Origin: Rickettsiales bacterium
GTDB taxonomy: Bacteria > Pseudomonadota > Alphaproteobacteria > Rickettsiales > JABIRX01
Direction: 5' to 3'
Assembly: GCA_965658435.1 (NCBI GenBank)
Contig: CBFHSE010000002.1
Coordinates: forward strand, 239 to 64,238
Length of the DNA stretch: 64,000 bases
This document shows, in pieces, positions 30,122 to 38,182 of this stretch. The notes under the pieces were generated by a model. The model was not told the DNA's origin. It did not search any database and saw only the letters and a list, made by a program, of their open reading frames with translations. A program made the position numbers and the translations under genes. Each line of letters starts with the position of its first letter. The first letter of the stretch is position 1.

Positions 30122-30315
30122 AAACGTTCTAAATTCAGGTTATTACTGGCTCTATGAACGCTTGCGAAAGGTTGCAAGTCAAGTTGTTCGTCTCTTTTTA
30201 GCGAAGATTCTTTGATATCTAAACGACGGATGGCAGTTGCTAATATTTCTCCGATCTCAGACAATCTTTGATGAGGGGATTTTTCTTGTTTTTGTGCCTT
30301 AGTTTGTAGTTTCAT
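30118..30315 (-). CDS. Small hypothetical protein, first gene of the recombinase operon
   Basis: 4-nt overlap with the DUF2924 gene suggests co-translation. No motif recognised. Confidence 0.35.
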   Translation of the reverse strand: MKLQTKAQKQEKSPHQRLSEIGEILATAIRRLDIKESSLKRDEQLDLQPFASVHRASNNLNLERL

Positions 30316-30423
30316 GTGCTATCAAGTTCATTTTCTAAAATTCTATTATTAGAATATGAAATAATGCTAGAAGCACAATGACACTTGATTACCTATATGT
30401 TCTAATGTTTACTAACGGAGAAA

Positions 30424-30771
30424 TTAACCAAGATATTTTAGGTGGGACTTACATTTATTCTTACAATCTGAACTACCAAAACCAGGAACAATAATTTCAC
30501 CGCAAGTTTCCTGATTTAAGATACATTCTTCTGCCTCAAATTTATGAACTTCGGTAATTTTGGCATTTTTGTCATTTAGCAGATAATCGATATGCCAGTG
30601 AAGTTTTTTATCAGGAGATTTTGATTGATGTCTTTTAATTCTTTCATCGATATTTTTCTTGGCTGATCCTGCGTAGATATAATGTCCTCTTGGAAAGGTA
30701 AATCTGCCGAGCTTTCCTACCTCTATTTCAATATTGTTCTTAATGTTAATGTGAAGTTGATAACTAATCAT
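30424..30771 (-). CDS. GIY-YIG superfamily protein (DUF123 / Uri-like endonuclease)
   Basis: GHYIYAGSAKKNIDERIKRH...LHWHIDYL pattern. Confidence 0.7.
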   Translation of the reverse strand: MISYQLHINIKNNIEIEVGKLGRFTFPRGHYIYAGSAKKNIDERIKRHQSKSPDKKLHWHIDYLLNDKNAKITEVHKFEAEECILNQETCGEIIVPGFGSSDCKNKCKSHLKYLG

Positions 30772-30796
30772 TTATTGCATTTTATAATTCTTTATT

Positions 30797-30813
30797 ATAC
30801 TATTAGGGGGTAT
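30797..30813. promoter_or_regulatory. Putative CsoR/RcnR-type operator (ATAC-N5-GGGGGTAT)
   Basis: ATACTATTAGGGGGTAT lies about 20 nt upstream of the first gene of a cassette that ends with a CsoR-family repressor. It resembles G-tract operators such as the B. subtilis copZA site ATACCCTACGGGGGTAT (from memory). Confidence 0.4.
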
Positions 30814-30834
30814 AGGCATAATTATTTATTTATC

Positions 30835-31467
30835 ATGAAATTATCTCTGACTCTAACAATATTATTATCATTTCTTGCAAGCAATGTTTTTGCTCGTCCT
30901 ATTTCTTATTCTGGCGGTACAACAATTATGCAAAATAATGATGCCATCAAAAATTCTATTCATGTTCATTATTCTCCAAGTTATAAATATTCAGTTGGTT
31001 ATAAGGGTGAATATTTTAGAAGAGATAAAATAGCCTTAAATGGGCTTCAATTAAATAATCTTCTTAAAAGATGGAACTTGCCAGGCTCTCAAGGAAATAT
31101 TTATCTTAAAACATCTGTTGGCAATGCCAATAAATCAGGAGAAAATGAATTATATGGTTTTACAGGGATAGCAGGAGATTTTGAAACTAGAAAATATTTC
31201 ATCTCTTATGAAAATAGATATTACAAATCAGATGGCAATATTATCTCTCAGTTTCAACAAAGTGCTAGGGTTGGAGTAGCTCCTTATGTTGCAGGTTATG
31301 GCAATCTTCATACTTGGCTAATGCTGCAAGTAACTCATACTCCTGAATTTGAAGGAGATGAGGTCATTGCGACTCCTCTTGTTAGATTCTTCAAGGGCGC
31401 TAATTTAGCAGAATTTGGAGTTAGTTCTAACAAAAGATTTTTATTTAACTTTATTGCGAGATTTTAA
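30835..31467 (+). CDS. Secreted protein, probable small outer-membrane beta-barrel
   Basis: Signal peptide MKLSLTLTILLSFLASNVFA, alternating aromatic/polar strands, and a C-terminal ...NFIARF. The upstream part of the ORF (30682-30834) overlaps the GIY-YIG gene and is rejected. Confidence 0.5.
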   Translation: MKLSLTLTILLSFLASNVFARPISYSGGTTIMQNNDAIKNSIHVHYSPSYKYSVGYKGEYFRRDKIALNGLQLNNLLKRWNLPGSQGNIYLKTSVGNANKSGENELYGFTGIAGDFETRKYFISYENRYYKSDGNIISQFQQSARVGVAPYVAGYGNLHTWLMLQVTHTPEFEGDEVIATPLVRFFKGANLAEFGVSSNKRFLFNFIARF

Positions 31468-31469
31468 TT

Positions 31470-31754
31470 ATGTTTAGAAAATTTATTACTGTTTTTTCAC
31501 TTATATTTTTAATCAATATTTCTTCTGCCTTTGCTAAAGAAATTAATGTTGATGTTAATGGCTTAGTTTGTGAATTTTGCGCCGTAACGATAGAAAAGAA
31601 TTTCAAAAAGAAGGATGAAATTAAAGAGGTAAAGGTTGATTTAGATCAAAAGAAAGTATTTCTAACTTTTAAAGATGGTAAAGATTTATCAGATAAAATT
31701 ATAAAAGATACCATCGTTAATAATGGCTATAATGTGGTTAAAATAAATAGGTAG
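31470..31754 (+). CDS. Periplasmic heavy-metal-associated (HMA) domain protein
   Basis: Signal peptide plus GLVCEFCA (the GMxCxxC-type metal site) in a ferredoxin-like ~70 aa domain. Confidence 0.75.
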   Translation: MFRKFITVFSLIFLINISSAFAKEINVDVNGLVCEFCAVTIEKNFKKKDEIKEVKVDLDQKKVFLTFKDGKDLSDKIIKDTIVNNGYNVVKINR

Positions 31755-31757
31755 ATT

Positions 31758-32132
31758 ATGATTAAAATAAAAGAATCATTATTACCATTTTTTGGATTAT
31801 TTACCTCAATTTCCACAATATTATGCTGTGCATTGCCAATAATTTTAGTAACACTTGGCATGGGAGCGGTTTTTGCTAGTTTAACTGCGAGTTTCCCTTT
31901 TATTACATGGTTGGCTGAAAGAAGCTTATATTTATTTGCTATAGCTACAGCTCTTCTCTTAATTGGTGGATATTTTATCTTTATAAAACCTCAAACCTGT
32001 CCAGCCGATAAAAAACTAGCCAAGATATGCAATAAAACCAAAAAATTCAATAAGATTATCTGGTGGATATCAGTAATAATTTTAGCTATCAGCTTCTTTT
32101 TTAAATATATTTTAATCCTATTAATTTCTTAA
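31758..32132 (+). CDS. MerC/MerT-like CC-motif heavy-metal transport membrane protein
   Basis: First TM helix carries ILCCALP. There are four TM segments and a second Cys pair, CPADKKLAKIC. Confidence 0.5.
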   Translation: MIKIKESLLPFFGLFTSISTILCCALPIILVTLGMGAVFASLTASFPFITWLAERSLYLFAIATALLLIGGYFIFIKPQTCPADKKLAKICNKTKKFNKIIWWISVIILAISFFFKYILILLIS

Positions 32133-32135
32133 AAT

Positions 32136-32411
32136 ATGGCATCCCTAATTACTGTTTTTATAACTGTTTTTTTAGCTGAACTTGGTGACAAAACGCAATT
32201 AGCAACAATATTATTTTCTTCGAATAAGGACACTAATTCATTTATGGTTTTTCTAGCTGCTTCATTTGCATTAGTAGCATCAACGGCAATTGCAGTTTTG
32301 CTTGGTAGCTATGGGGCTAAATATTTAGATATGATTCCATTAAAATTAATTGCTGGAATTGGCTTTATAGCTATCGGAACTTTTACAATTTTTGAACATT
32401 TTAAGGCTTAA
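32136..32411 (+). CDS. UPF0016 (GDT1/TMEM165) single-domain cation transporter subunit
   Basis: ELGDKTQLAT signature, 91 aa, three TM segments. Confidence 0.75.
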   Translation: MASLITVFITVFLAELGDKTQLATILFSSNKDTNSFMVFLAASFALVASTAIAVLLGSYGAKYLDMIPLKLIAGIGFIAIGTFTIFEHFKA

Positions 32412-32415
32412 AATT

Positions 32416-32715
32416 ATGACTAAAGAAAATAAAGCATGCTGCAGTAAAGAACATCCTGACAATTCAAAAGAATTACCAAGGTTAAAGAAAATTGCGGGTC
32501 AGATTAATGGCATCATCAAGATGGTTGATGATAAGAGATATTGTGTAGATATTTTGCAACAATTAGGAGCCGTTAAATCCGCTATCAACTCTCTTCAAGC
32601 TAACTTGCTTGAGACTCACTTAACCAATTGTGTTAAAGAAGCTTTTGAATTAAAGAAAGATGCTGATATTGAAGAAAAAATAAATGAGCTAAAGGAGATT
32701 TTTAAAAAATATTAA
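32416..32715 (+). CDS. CsoR/RcnR/FrmR-family metal-sensing transcriptional repressor
   Basis: LKKIAGQINGIIKMVDDKRYCVDILQQLGAVKSAINSL...HLTNCV carries the family's C-H-C ligand pattern. Start taken at MTKENK. Confidence 0.85.
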   Translation: MTKENKACCSKEHPDNSKELPRLKKIAGQINGIIKMVDDKRYCVDILQQLGAVKSAINSLQANLLETHLTNCVKEAFELKKDADIEEKINELKEIFKKY

Positions 32716-33137
32716 GTAATAAAAATAATTAATAAATATCGGCTTAATTTACTAATTGTTACCAATGTCAGGAATAGCCAAATATTAGTTCTAAATATTC
32801 CTGCAATTATCGTTAACGGATCGCCAATTATTGGCATCCAAGCTAACAATAGTGACCACACTCCCCATTTTTGATAAAATCTAGAATATTTATCAATTTT
32901 CCTTTTTTGGATTGGAAACCATTTTTTGTCTTTGAATTTTATCAGATAATATCCAATAAACCAATTTACCAAAGCTCCCAAAACATTTCCTATTGTTGCA
33001 ATTGTAACCAACAAAAATTTATCATGATTATTTGCAATATTTAAAGATGCTAAAACAAGTTCTGACTGAGCTGGAAATATTGTTGCTGCTAGAAATGAAG
33101 ATAAGAATAGGAATATTAAATCTAAAAAATTATTCAT
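32712..33137 (-). CDS. YqaA/DedA (SNARE-associated) family membrane protein
   Basis: About 140 aa, four TM segments, FRTNIWLF... and PIIGDPLTIIAGI motif. Confidence 0.7.
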   Translation of the reverse strand: MNNFLDLIFLFLSSFLAATIFPAQSELVLASLNIANNHDKFLLVTIATIGNVLGALVNWFIGYYLIKFKDKKWFPIQKRKIDKYSRFYQKWGVWSLLLAWMPIIGDPLTIIAGIFRTNIWLFLTLVTISKLSRYLLIIFIT

Positions 33138-33140
33138 TAT

Positions 33141-33674
33141 CTAATATTCTCTGATTACTTTTGCTACCACTCCCCAAAAATGTAGATTTTGATCTGCATC
33201 TTCAATATCAGGATAATCATCATTATCTGAAACTAACTTAGTTACTCCATTTTTTTGACTTAGCCTTTTTACAACCGCACCATTATCAACTGAGGCAATT
33301 ATAATATCTCCATCTCTAGCCTCTTTAGACTTATTAACTAAAAGAATATCATCAGGAAGGATGCCTGCATCTTTCATTGAATAACCTGATACTTTTACCA
33401 AAAAATGATCATTGGGATTTTGAACCATAAATTTTTCGTTCAGATTGTATAATTCATAATTATCCGAATCGGTAAAATTTGGCGCACCTGCCTCAACTTT
33501 CATATCAAATAAAGGAAGAGCAAAATCTTTTGTCTTGCTTTCCATCATATCTTTAACTGTATCCATCATGCTAACAGGCACTCTCATGATTCTTGTTGGT
33601 TCGCCATATCGACCCTGTCCAGATGGCCTTCCAGCACCTTTTCTTGCTCCACCACGTGTCTTGTTTTTCATCAA
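33141..33674 (-). CDS. S24 (LexA/UmuD-family) autopeptidase, probable SOS-cleavable prophage repressor
   Basis: The C-terminal 130 aa are collinear with UmuD/LexA: PLFDMKVEAGAPNF, VSGYSM (Ser), DGDIIIA, VVKRL (Lys). The N-terminal basic arm GGARKGAGRPSGQGRYGEPTRIMRVPVS is a type I recall in mobile-element S24 repressors. No umuC gene is adjacent. Confidence 0.7.
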   Translation of the reverse strand: MMKNKTRGGARKGAGRPSGQGRYGEPTRIMRVPVSMMDTVKDMMESKTKDFALPLFDMKVEAGAPNFTDSDNYELYNLNEKFMVQNPNDHFLVKVSGYSMKDAGILPDDILLVNKSKEARDGDIIIASVDNGAVVKRLSQKNGVTKLVSDNDDYPDIEDADQNLHFWGVVAKVIREY

Positions 33675-33763
33675 AAAAGAATTTTTAATTGTAAAAAAAT
33701 TAAAGTAAATTTAGAATAAGGTACTTAATTCATTTTAAAATTCAATTAAAACTATATTCTCTC
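33675..33763. promoter_or_regulatory. Divergent promoter/operator region between the repressor and rightward genes
   Basis: An 89-bp spacer containing the palindrome TTAATTgtaaaaaAATTAA and a direct AATTCA repeat. No operator was demonstrated. Confidence 0.3.
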
Positions 33764-34942
33764 ATGGAAACAAAGGTAAAAAAATTTATCAGAAATACCC
33801 CAGAAGAAGATTTGAAGAACTTTTTAATCAGTAATGATTTTATTGAAGTTCCTGAAGATTTTAAATGGGATGGTAAGAACCGAAAATATCATAGCTCATT
33901 ATTTGGCATGGTGTGGGCTTGTGAAGATGCCAAAAAACAGAATCTATTTGATACTATTGATAGAGTTCATGGCATGAGTGATGAATTGGGGCAAAATGCC
34001 TTATGTAGCATTGCTGGTAATGATGAGTTATTTTTGGATCAAAAAGGAGAATATGCCAGAGGGCTTTACATGCATCAAAAATTTCCTGATAAATTTAGAA
34101 CGGCGGAATTTTGGGTGTCACATGATTACAAAAGAAAATCAAAAGAATGGAGCTCATTTCATGGGGCAAAAAATAAGAAATTAGATAAATCAGCAGAAAA
34201 TATCATTAGGTTTAAAGAAGAGGTTTTAAGTCATCTCGATATCAGTAGAAAATTAAATCTAGAATTTAGCTGTCGTGACAAAAATGACAAAGATGGCAAT
34301 AAATTAGAAATTTGTATTTTAACTGGCTTTCATGATGGTTTGCCACAATCAATACAAACTTTTGATAAGGATGAAGTGGTAACAAGGCATTTTGCGCCAG
34401 CTAAAGATTTTTCAATTAGCTATGACCCAATAAGTGGATTGATTGATGTGATTTCAAATTCAAAAGATAATCGAGAATTTTTAGCCAAGAAATTTGCCAA
34501 TATTTTCCTAAAAAGTGCTGACGATAAATTTGAGATCAGGCTTAAAAAATATAATCTTGCCAAATTTAAGTCCTATCAGGATTTGATGAAAGATGTTGAT
34601 TTGAAGGATGGAATTGAAGATATCAAAGTTACCCTCATCAAACTAAAACCTCTCAACAGCAAAAACTCGACCACTCTTGAATCTCCATTTTCAGAAAAAA
34701 GAACAATTTATGAAATAGCAGAAAATTGGTTTGCTGGCAATAGTCCTTTATCAAACTCTTTTGAAATCAAAAAAGTAAAATTATCAATTAAATTCAAGCA
34801 AGATACCAAAAACCCCAGAGGTAAATTAATTAATGTAAATATTACCGATCCTAATGGCTGTGATTTAAAAGATCGAACGGAAAAAGAAAAAATCATCGGT
34901 GATAAATATCTAGAAAAATGGGGAATTGTTGAAAAAATATGA
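33764..34942 (+). CDS. Hypothetical protein (392 aa), no recognisable domain
   Basis: Long ORF with a balanced, protein-like composition. Its stop overlaps the next ATG (ATGA). Confidence 0.6.
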   Translation: METKVKKFIRNTPEEDLKNFLISNDFIEVPEDFKWDGKNRKYHSSLFGMVWACEDAKKQNLFDTIDRVHGMSDELGQNALCSIAGNDELFLDQKGEYARGLYMHQKFPDKFRTAEFWVSHDYKRKSKEWSSFHGAKNKKLDKSAENIIRFKEEVLSHLDISRKLNLEFSCRDKNDKDGNKLEICILTGFHDGLPQSIQTFDKDEVVTRHFAPAKDFSISYDPISGLIDVISNSKDNREFLAKKFANIFLKSADDKFEIRLKKYNLAKFKSYQDLMKDVDLKDGIEDIKVTLIKLKPLNSKNSTTLESPFSEKRTIYEIAENWFAGNSPLSNSFEIKKVKLSIKFKQDTKNPRGKLINVNITDPNGCDLKDRTEKEKIIGDKYLEKWGIVEKI

Positions 34943-35883
34943 AGTTAGATAGCCAGACATTTAAATTGCTAATTGATATCGTAGAGCAAGCAGATCCAAA
35001 TATTACTCACTCCCACCTCAAGTCAAATCTTGGCACAGAAATTGCCAACAACCTAATTCAAAATAATTACTTCAATAAAGGCAGAGATTTAGAAACCTAT
35101 TATTTGCCAGGTCAAGATCGAGAAGTCTATGTTGAATGGAATAATGATGAAAATTCCTACTTTTATTTATCGGATTTTGGTAAATTTTTGCCAGTTTCCG
35201 AAGAAGAGCTAAAAACTTATGATATTAATTTCACTAAACTAACCGAATTTATTGCCAATCAATTTGATATATCCAAAAACAACAAAAAGGATTCTAATAG
35301 CTATCTCAATGATCTTTTATTTTTTGTTGGTGATACAAATATAAACAAGAAAAAACATGCTATATTTTTTGCTAGAAGATTGACTAATCAAATGATTTTT
35401 CGAGATGTTGATCAGTTATTTTTAGATGAATCACCAACAAATTTTCCAAAATTAATTCTTACCTCATCCAATGAATATTGCCCAACAAAATTAAGTGATG
35501 ATGGCAAAATAATCTCAATTCCAAAACTTCTGACATTTTCAAAAGATAAGCTATTCAACATGGATTATATTTCAAATGTGCTTGGTAAAGGAGCTAGTGA
35601 TGAATATAAGCCATATATCCATTGTTCAGAAGGTGGAGCAGTTCTATTTATTGGTGATAAATCATATGATGTTGGTGGCGTTTCCCAGAGACAAGCAATT
35701 GAAATTATGTGTCGCTATTATCTAAAAAATGGAAATGAAAAAATCAGATGGCGCACAGTAATGGATGAAATCAATCCTGATTCAGATTCCAGGGCTCGTG
35801 ATCTTTTTAGAAAAAGCAAAATATCAGATTTAATCCTATCAAAAAATGGCTTCGTTTGGTTTAAAACCGAAGAAAATTCATAA
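34939..35883 (+). CDS. Hypothetical protein (314 aa), no recognisable domain
   Basis: Translationally coupled to the 392-aa ORF. No catalytic or nucleotide-binding motif seen. Confidence 0.6.
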   Translation: MKLDSQTFKLLIDIVEQADPNITHSHLKSNLGTEIANNLIQNNYFNKGRDLETYYLPGQDREVYVEWNNDENSYFYLSDFGKFLPVSEEELKTYDINFTKLTEFIANQFDISKNNKKDSNSYLNDLLFFVGDTNINKKKHAIFFARRLTNQMIFRDVDQLFLDESPTNFPKLILTSSNEYCPTKLSDDGKIISIPKLLTFSKDKLFNMDYISNVLGKGASDEYKPYIHCSEGGAVLFIGDKSYDVGGVSQRQAIEIMCRYYLKNGNEKIRWRTVMDEINPDSDSRARDLFRKSKISDLILSKNGFVWFKTEENS

Positions 35884-36001
35884 AAAAATCAAAAAAATTT
35901 AATTCCTCCCGAATCTCCCCCTTTGCTCCCCCCGATCTCCCTCTGACCATAGTTCTAAAGTTACCTTAGTTTTTTTATTAACTAACTAATGGTTTCTCAA
36001 C

Positions 36002-36223
36002 ATGACTGAACAATTACTTCTATCAGAAAAATCCTTAGCAAGAAAGTGGGGAATTTCTCACAAAACCTTGCAGAGGTGGCGTTGGCTCAAAATGGGTCCC
36101 GCTTACATCAAGATCGGTGGCCGTATCAGGTATAGCACCGATTCCATAAGGGATTATGAGACTAGCAATAGTCACTTAACTCCAATTCCTCCTTCTACCC
36201 CATTATCAACTTCAATTATTTAA
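36002..36223 (+). CDS. Excisionase/AlpA-like helix-turn-helix protein
   Basis: LLSEKSLARKWGISHKTLQRWRWLKMGPAYIKIGGRIRYSTDSIRDYE is a MerR/Xis-type winged HTH pattern. Confidence 0.7.
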   Translation: MTEQLLLSEKSLARKWGISHKTLQRWRWLKMGPAYIKIGGRIRYSTDSIRDYETSNSHLTPIPPSTPLSTSII

Positions 36224-36228
36224 ATATT

Positions 36229-36714
36229 ATGAATAACACGCTAACCATAGAGAGTGCTCGTCATATCCCAATCGGGGAATTATCCGAGCTAGAAATAAGT
36301 AAATTGGTGTCTTTGCAAAAGGATTCAATTGCCAATCTTGATCAAGCTAAACGATTAAAGGATTGGGTTGATTCAGCAATATCACTTAAATATCAGAATA
36401 AATCAACTGAAGCCAGACAGCTTCATGATAAAGCAACTGGCACAATCCACTTTAATGATGGCAATTTTAAGGTCACTTCTGTTGTCACGAAAAGAGTAGA
36501 TTGGGATCAAGTAAAACTTAAAGAAGCTGTTTCTGAGATTAAGGAATTTGGCGACAATCCTTACGAATACGTCACCATCGCCTACAAGCTTTCTGAAACC
36601 AAATTCAACGCTTGGCCAGAATATATCAAGAAGTTCTTTCGACCTGCCAGAATCCTAAAAACAAGTAAGGAAACCTTCAAGATTGAAGAAATTAAGGAGG
36701 TTGGCCATGAATAA
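36229..36714 (+). CDS. Hypothetical phage protein (position of Gp157-like protein in Sak4 modules)
   Basis: The assignment rests on synteny only: it lies immediately upstream of the AAA_24-type ATPase. Confidence 0.4.
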   Translation: MNNTLTIESARHIPIGELSELEISKLVSLQKDSIANLDQAKRLKDWVDSAISLKYQNKSTEARQLHDKATGTIHFNDGNFKVTSVVTKRVDWDQVKLKEAVSEIKEFGDNPYEYVTIAYKLSETKFNAWPEYIKKFFRPARILKTSKETFKIEEIKEVGHE

Positions 36715-37582
36715 TTTACCAATAATCAGCGCCGATGAGCGTTTAAAAGAAACTAGAGGAATCAAAGGCTGTATCTTCGGGCCAAGCGGAATTGGTAAAA
36801 CTAGTCTACTTTGGACTCTTGATACAAAAACCACTCTTTTCTTTGACTTGGAAGCTGGAGATCTGGCTGTTGAGGGATGGCCTGGCGATACAATCCGTCC
36901 TAAAACTTGGGAAGAATGTTGTGATTTTGCAGTATTTATTGGTGGTGCAAATCCATCTCTAAGGCCAGATCAGAAATTTTCTCAAGCGCATTTTGATGCT
37001 GTTTGTAAAAAATTCGGCGATCCAAAATCTCTAGATAAATATGAGACCATATTCATCGACTCAATAACTGTAGCTGGTCGACTTTGTTTCCAATATGCAA
37101 TGGGTCAACCAGAAGCAACATCTGATAAATCTGGCAAGCCTGATACTAGGGGAGCTTATGGTTTACATGGCAGAGAAATGATTAATTGGCTCACTCATTT
37201 GCAGCATACCAGAGCCAAAAATATTTGGTTTGTCGGCATCTTGGATCAAAAGCTCGATGACTTCAATCGCAATGTTTATTCCCCTCAAATCGAAGGATCA
37301 AAAACTGGTTTAGAACTTCCAGGCATTGTTGACCAAGTAATAACAATGGCTGAGGTCAAACAAGATGATGGCCAAGGGGAAAACAGCTCTTATCGGGCAT
37401 TCATCTGCCAAACACTCAATCCCTTTTCCTATCCAGCAAAAGACAGATCAAGGCGATTAAACATAATTGAAGAGCCTCATCTAGGCAAGCTAATGACAAA
37501 GATTAAGTCAGAAGCAAAGCCCATCGCTGAGCATCTTCAATATTCAAATTTTAACAATAATAACTCAAATAAAGGTAAATAA
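36707..37582 (+). CDS. Phage RecA-like NTPase (AAA_24 / Sak4-type single-strand annealing ATPase)
   Basis: Walker A FGPSGIGKTS and Walker B IFIDSIT. A strong AAGGAGG lies 7 nt before the ATG at 36707. Confidence 0.75.
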   Translation: MNNLPIISADERLKETRGIKGCIFGPSGIGKTSLLWTLDTKTTLFFDLEAGDLAVEGWPGDTIRPKTWEECCDFAVFIGGANPSLRPDQKFSQAHFDAVCKKFGDPKSLDKYETIFIDSITVAGRLCFQYAMGQPEATSDKSGKPDTRGAYGLHGREMINWLTHLQHTRAKNIWFVGILDQKLDDFNRNVYSPQIEGSKTGLELPGIVDQVITMAEVKQDDGQGENSSYRAFICQTLNPFSYPAKDRSRRLNIIEEPHLGKLMTKIKSEAKPIAEHLQYSNFNNNNSNKGK

Positions 37583-37584
37583 TT

Positions 37585-38157
37585 ATGTGGAACGATTTTA
37601 ACAATTCAGACAATCAATCATCTTACGATTTAATTCCGAATAACACTCTAGCAAAAGTTAGAATGCAAATCAGACCAGGTGGTCATGATGATAGGGATCA
37701 AGGATGGGGCGGTGGATACGCAACCAAAAACCAAAATACAGGATCAATCTATCTTTCTTGTGAATTTGTGGTTTTGGAAGGTGAATTTGCTAGGCGCAAA
37801 ATATGGAGCCTTATTGGTCTTCACTCAGAAAAAGGGCCAGAATGGGCAAATATTGGCAGATCTTTTGTAAAAGCCATTCTCAATTCAGCAAGAGGTGTGG
37901 CTGAATCTGATAATTCAGAGAAGGCTCAAAATGCTAGACGCATTAATGGTCTCAAAGATTTAGATGGCATTGAATTTATCGCCAAAATCTCTGTTGGTAA
38001 AGATCAAAATGGTGATGGCAAGAATGAGATTAAATTTGCCATAACTCCTGATCATAAGGATTATGCTAAATTGATGGGAAATATTTCCATACCTCAGCAA
38101 ACATCCAATGTGCAGCCAAAAACTGCAACAAATAATCGTCCAGCTTGGGCTCAGTAA
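37585..38157 (+). CDS. DUF669-like phage protein (SSB-like partner of Sak4)
   Basis: Called from position and N-terminal pattern (...SSYDLIPNNTLAKVRMQIRPG...). This is a recollection of the family, not verified. Confidence 0.45.
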   Translation: MWNDFNNSDNQSSYDLIPNNTLAKVRMQIRPGGHDDRDQGWGGGYATKNQNTGSIYLSCEFVVLEGEFARRKIWSLIGLHSEKGPEWANIGRSFVKAILNSARGVAESDNSEKAQNARRINGLKDLDGIEFIAKISVGKDQNGDGKNEIKFAITPDHKDYAKLMGNISIPQQTSNVQPKTATNNRPAWAQ

Positions 38158-38182
38158 TCAAATAAATTAAGGGTAATTTAAA

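Noticed and set aside
30682-30834. N-terminal extension of the secreted-protein ORF.
   Set aside because: It overlaps the GIY-YIG gene on the other strand. A clean signal peptide starts at the ATG at 30835.
33141-33674. UmuD (translesion polymerase V subunit) as the identity of the S24 protein.
   Set aside because: There is no adjacent umuC. The protein has an extra basic N-terminal arm, and it sits divergently at the edge of a prophage. All of this fits a cleavable repressor better, although a UmuD-like function cannot be excluded from the sequence alone.
35904-35948. The C-rich element as an attR copy of the tRNA-Ser 3' end (GGTTCGAATCCCATCCCCTCCGCCA).
   Set aside because: Only CGAATC plus a run of C residues is shared, and the alignment breaks down after six bases. 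That is not enough to call a tRNA-derived direct repeat.
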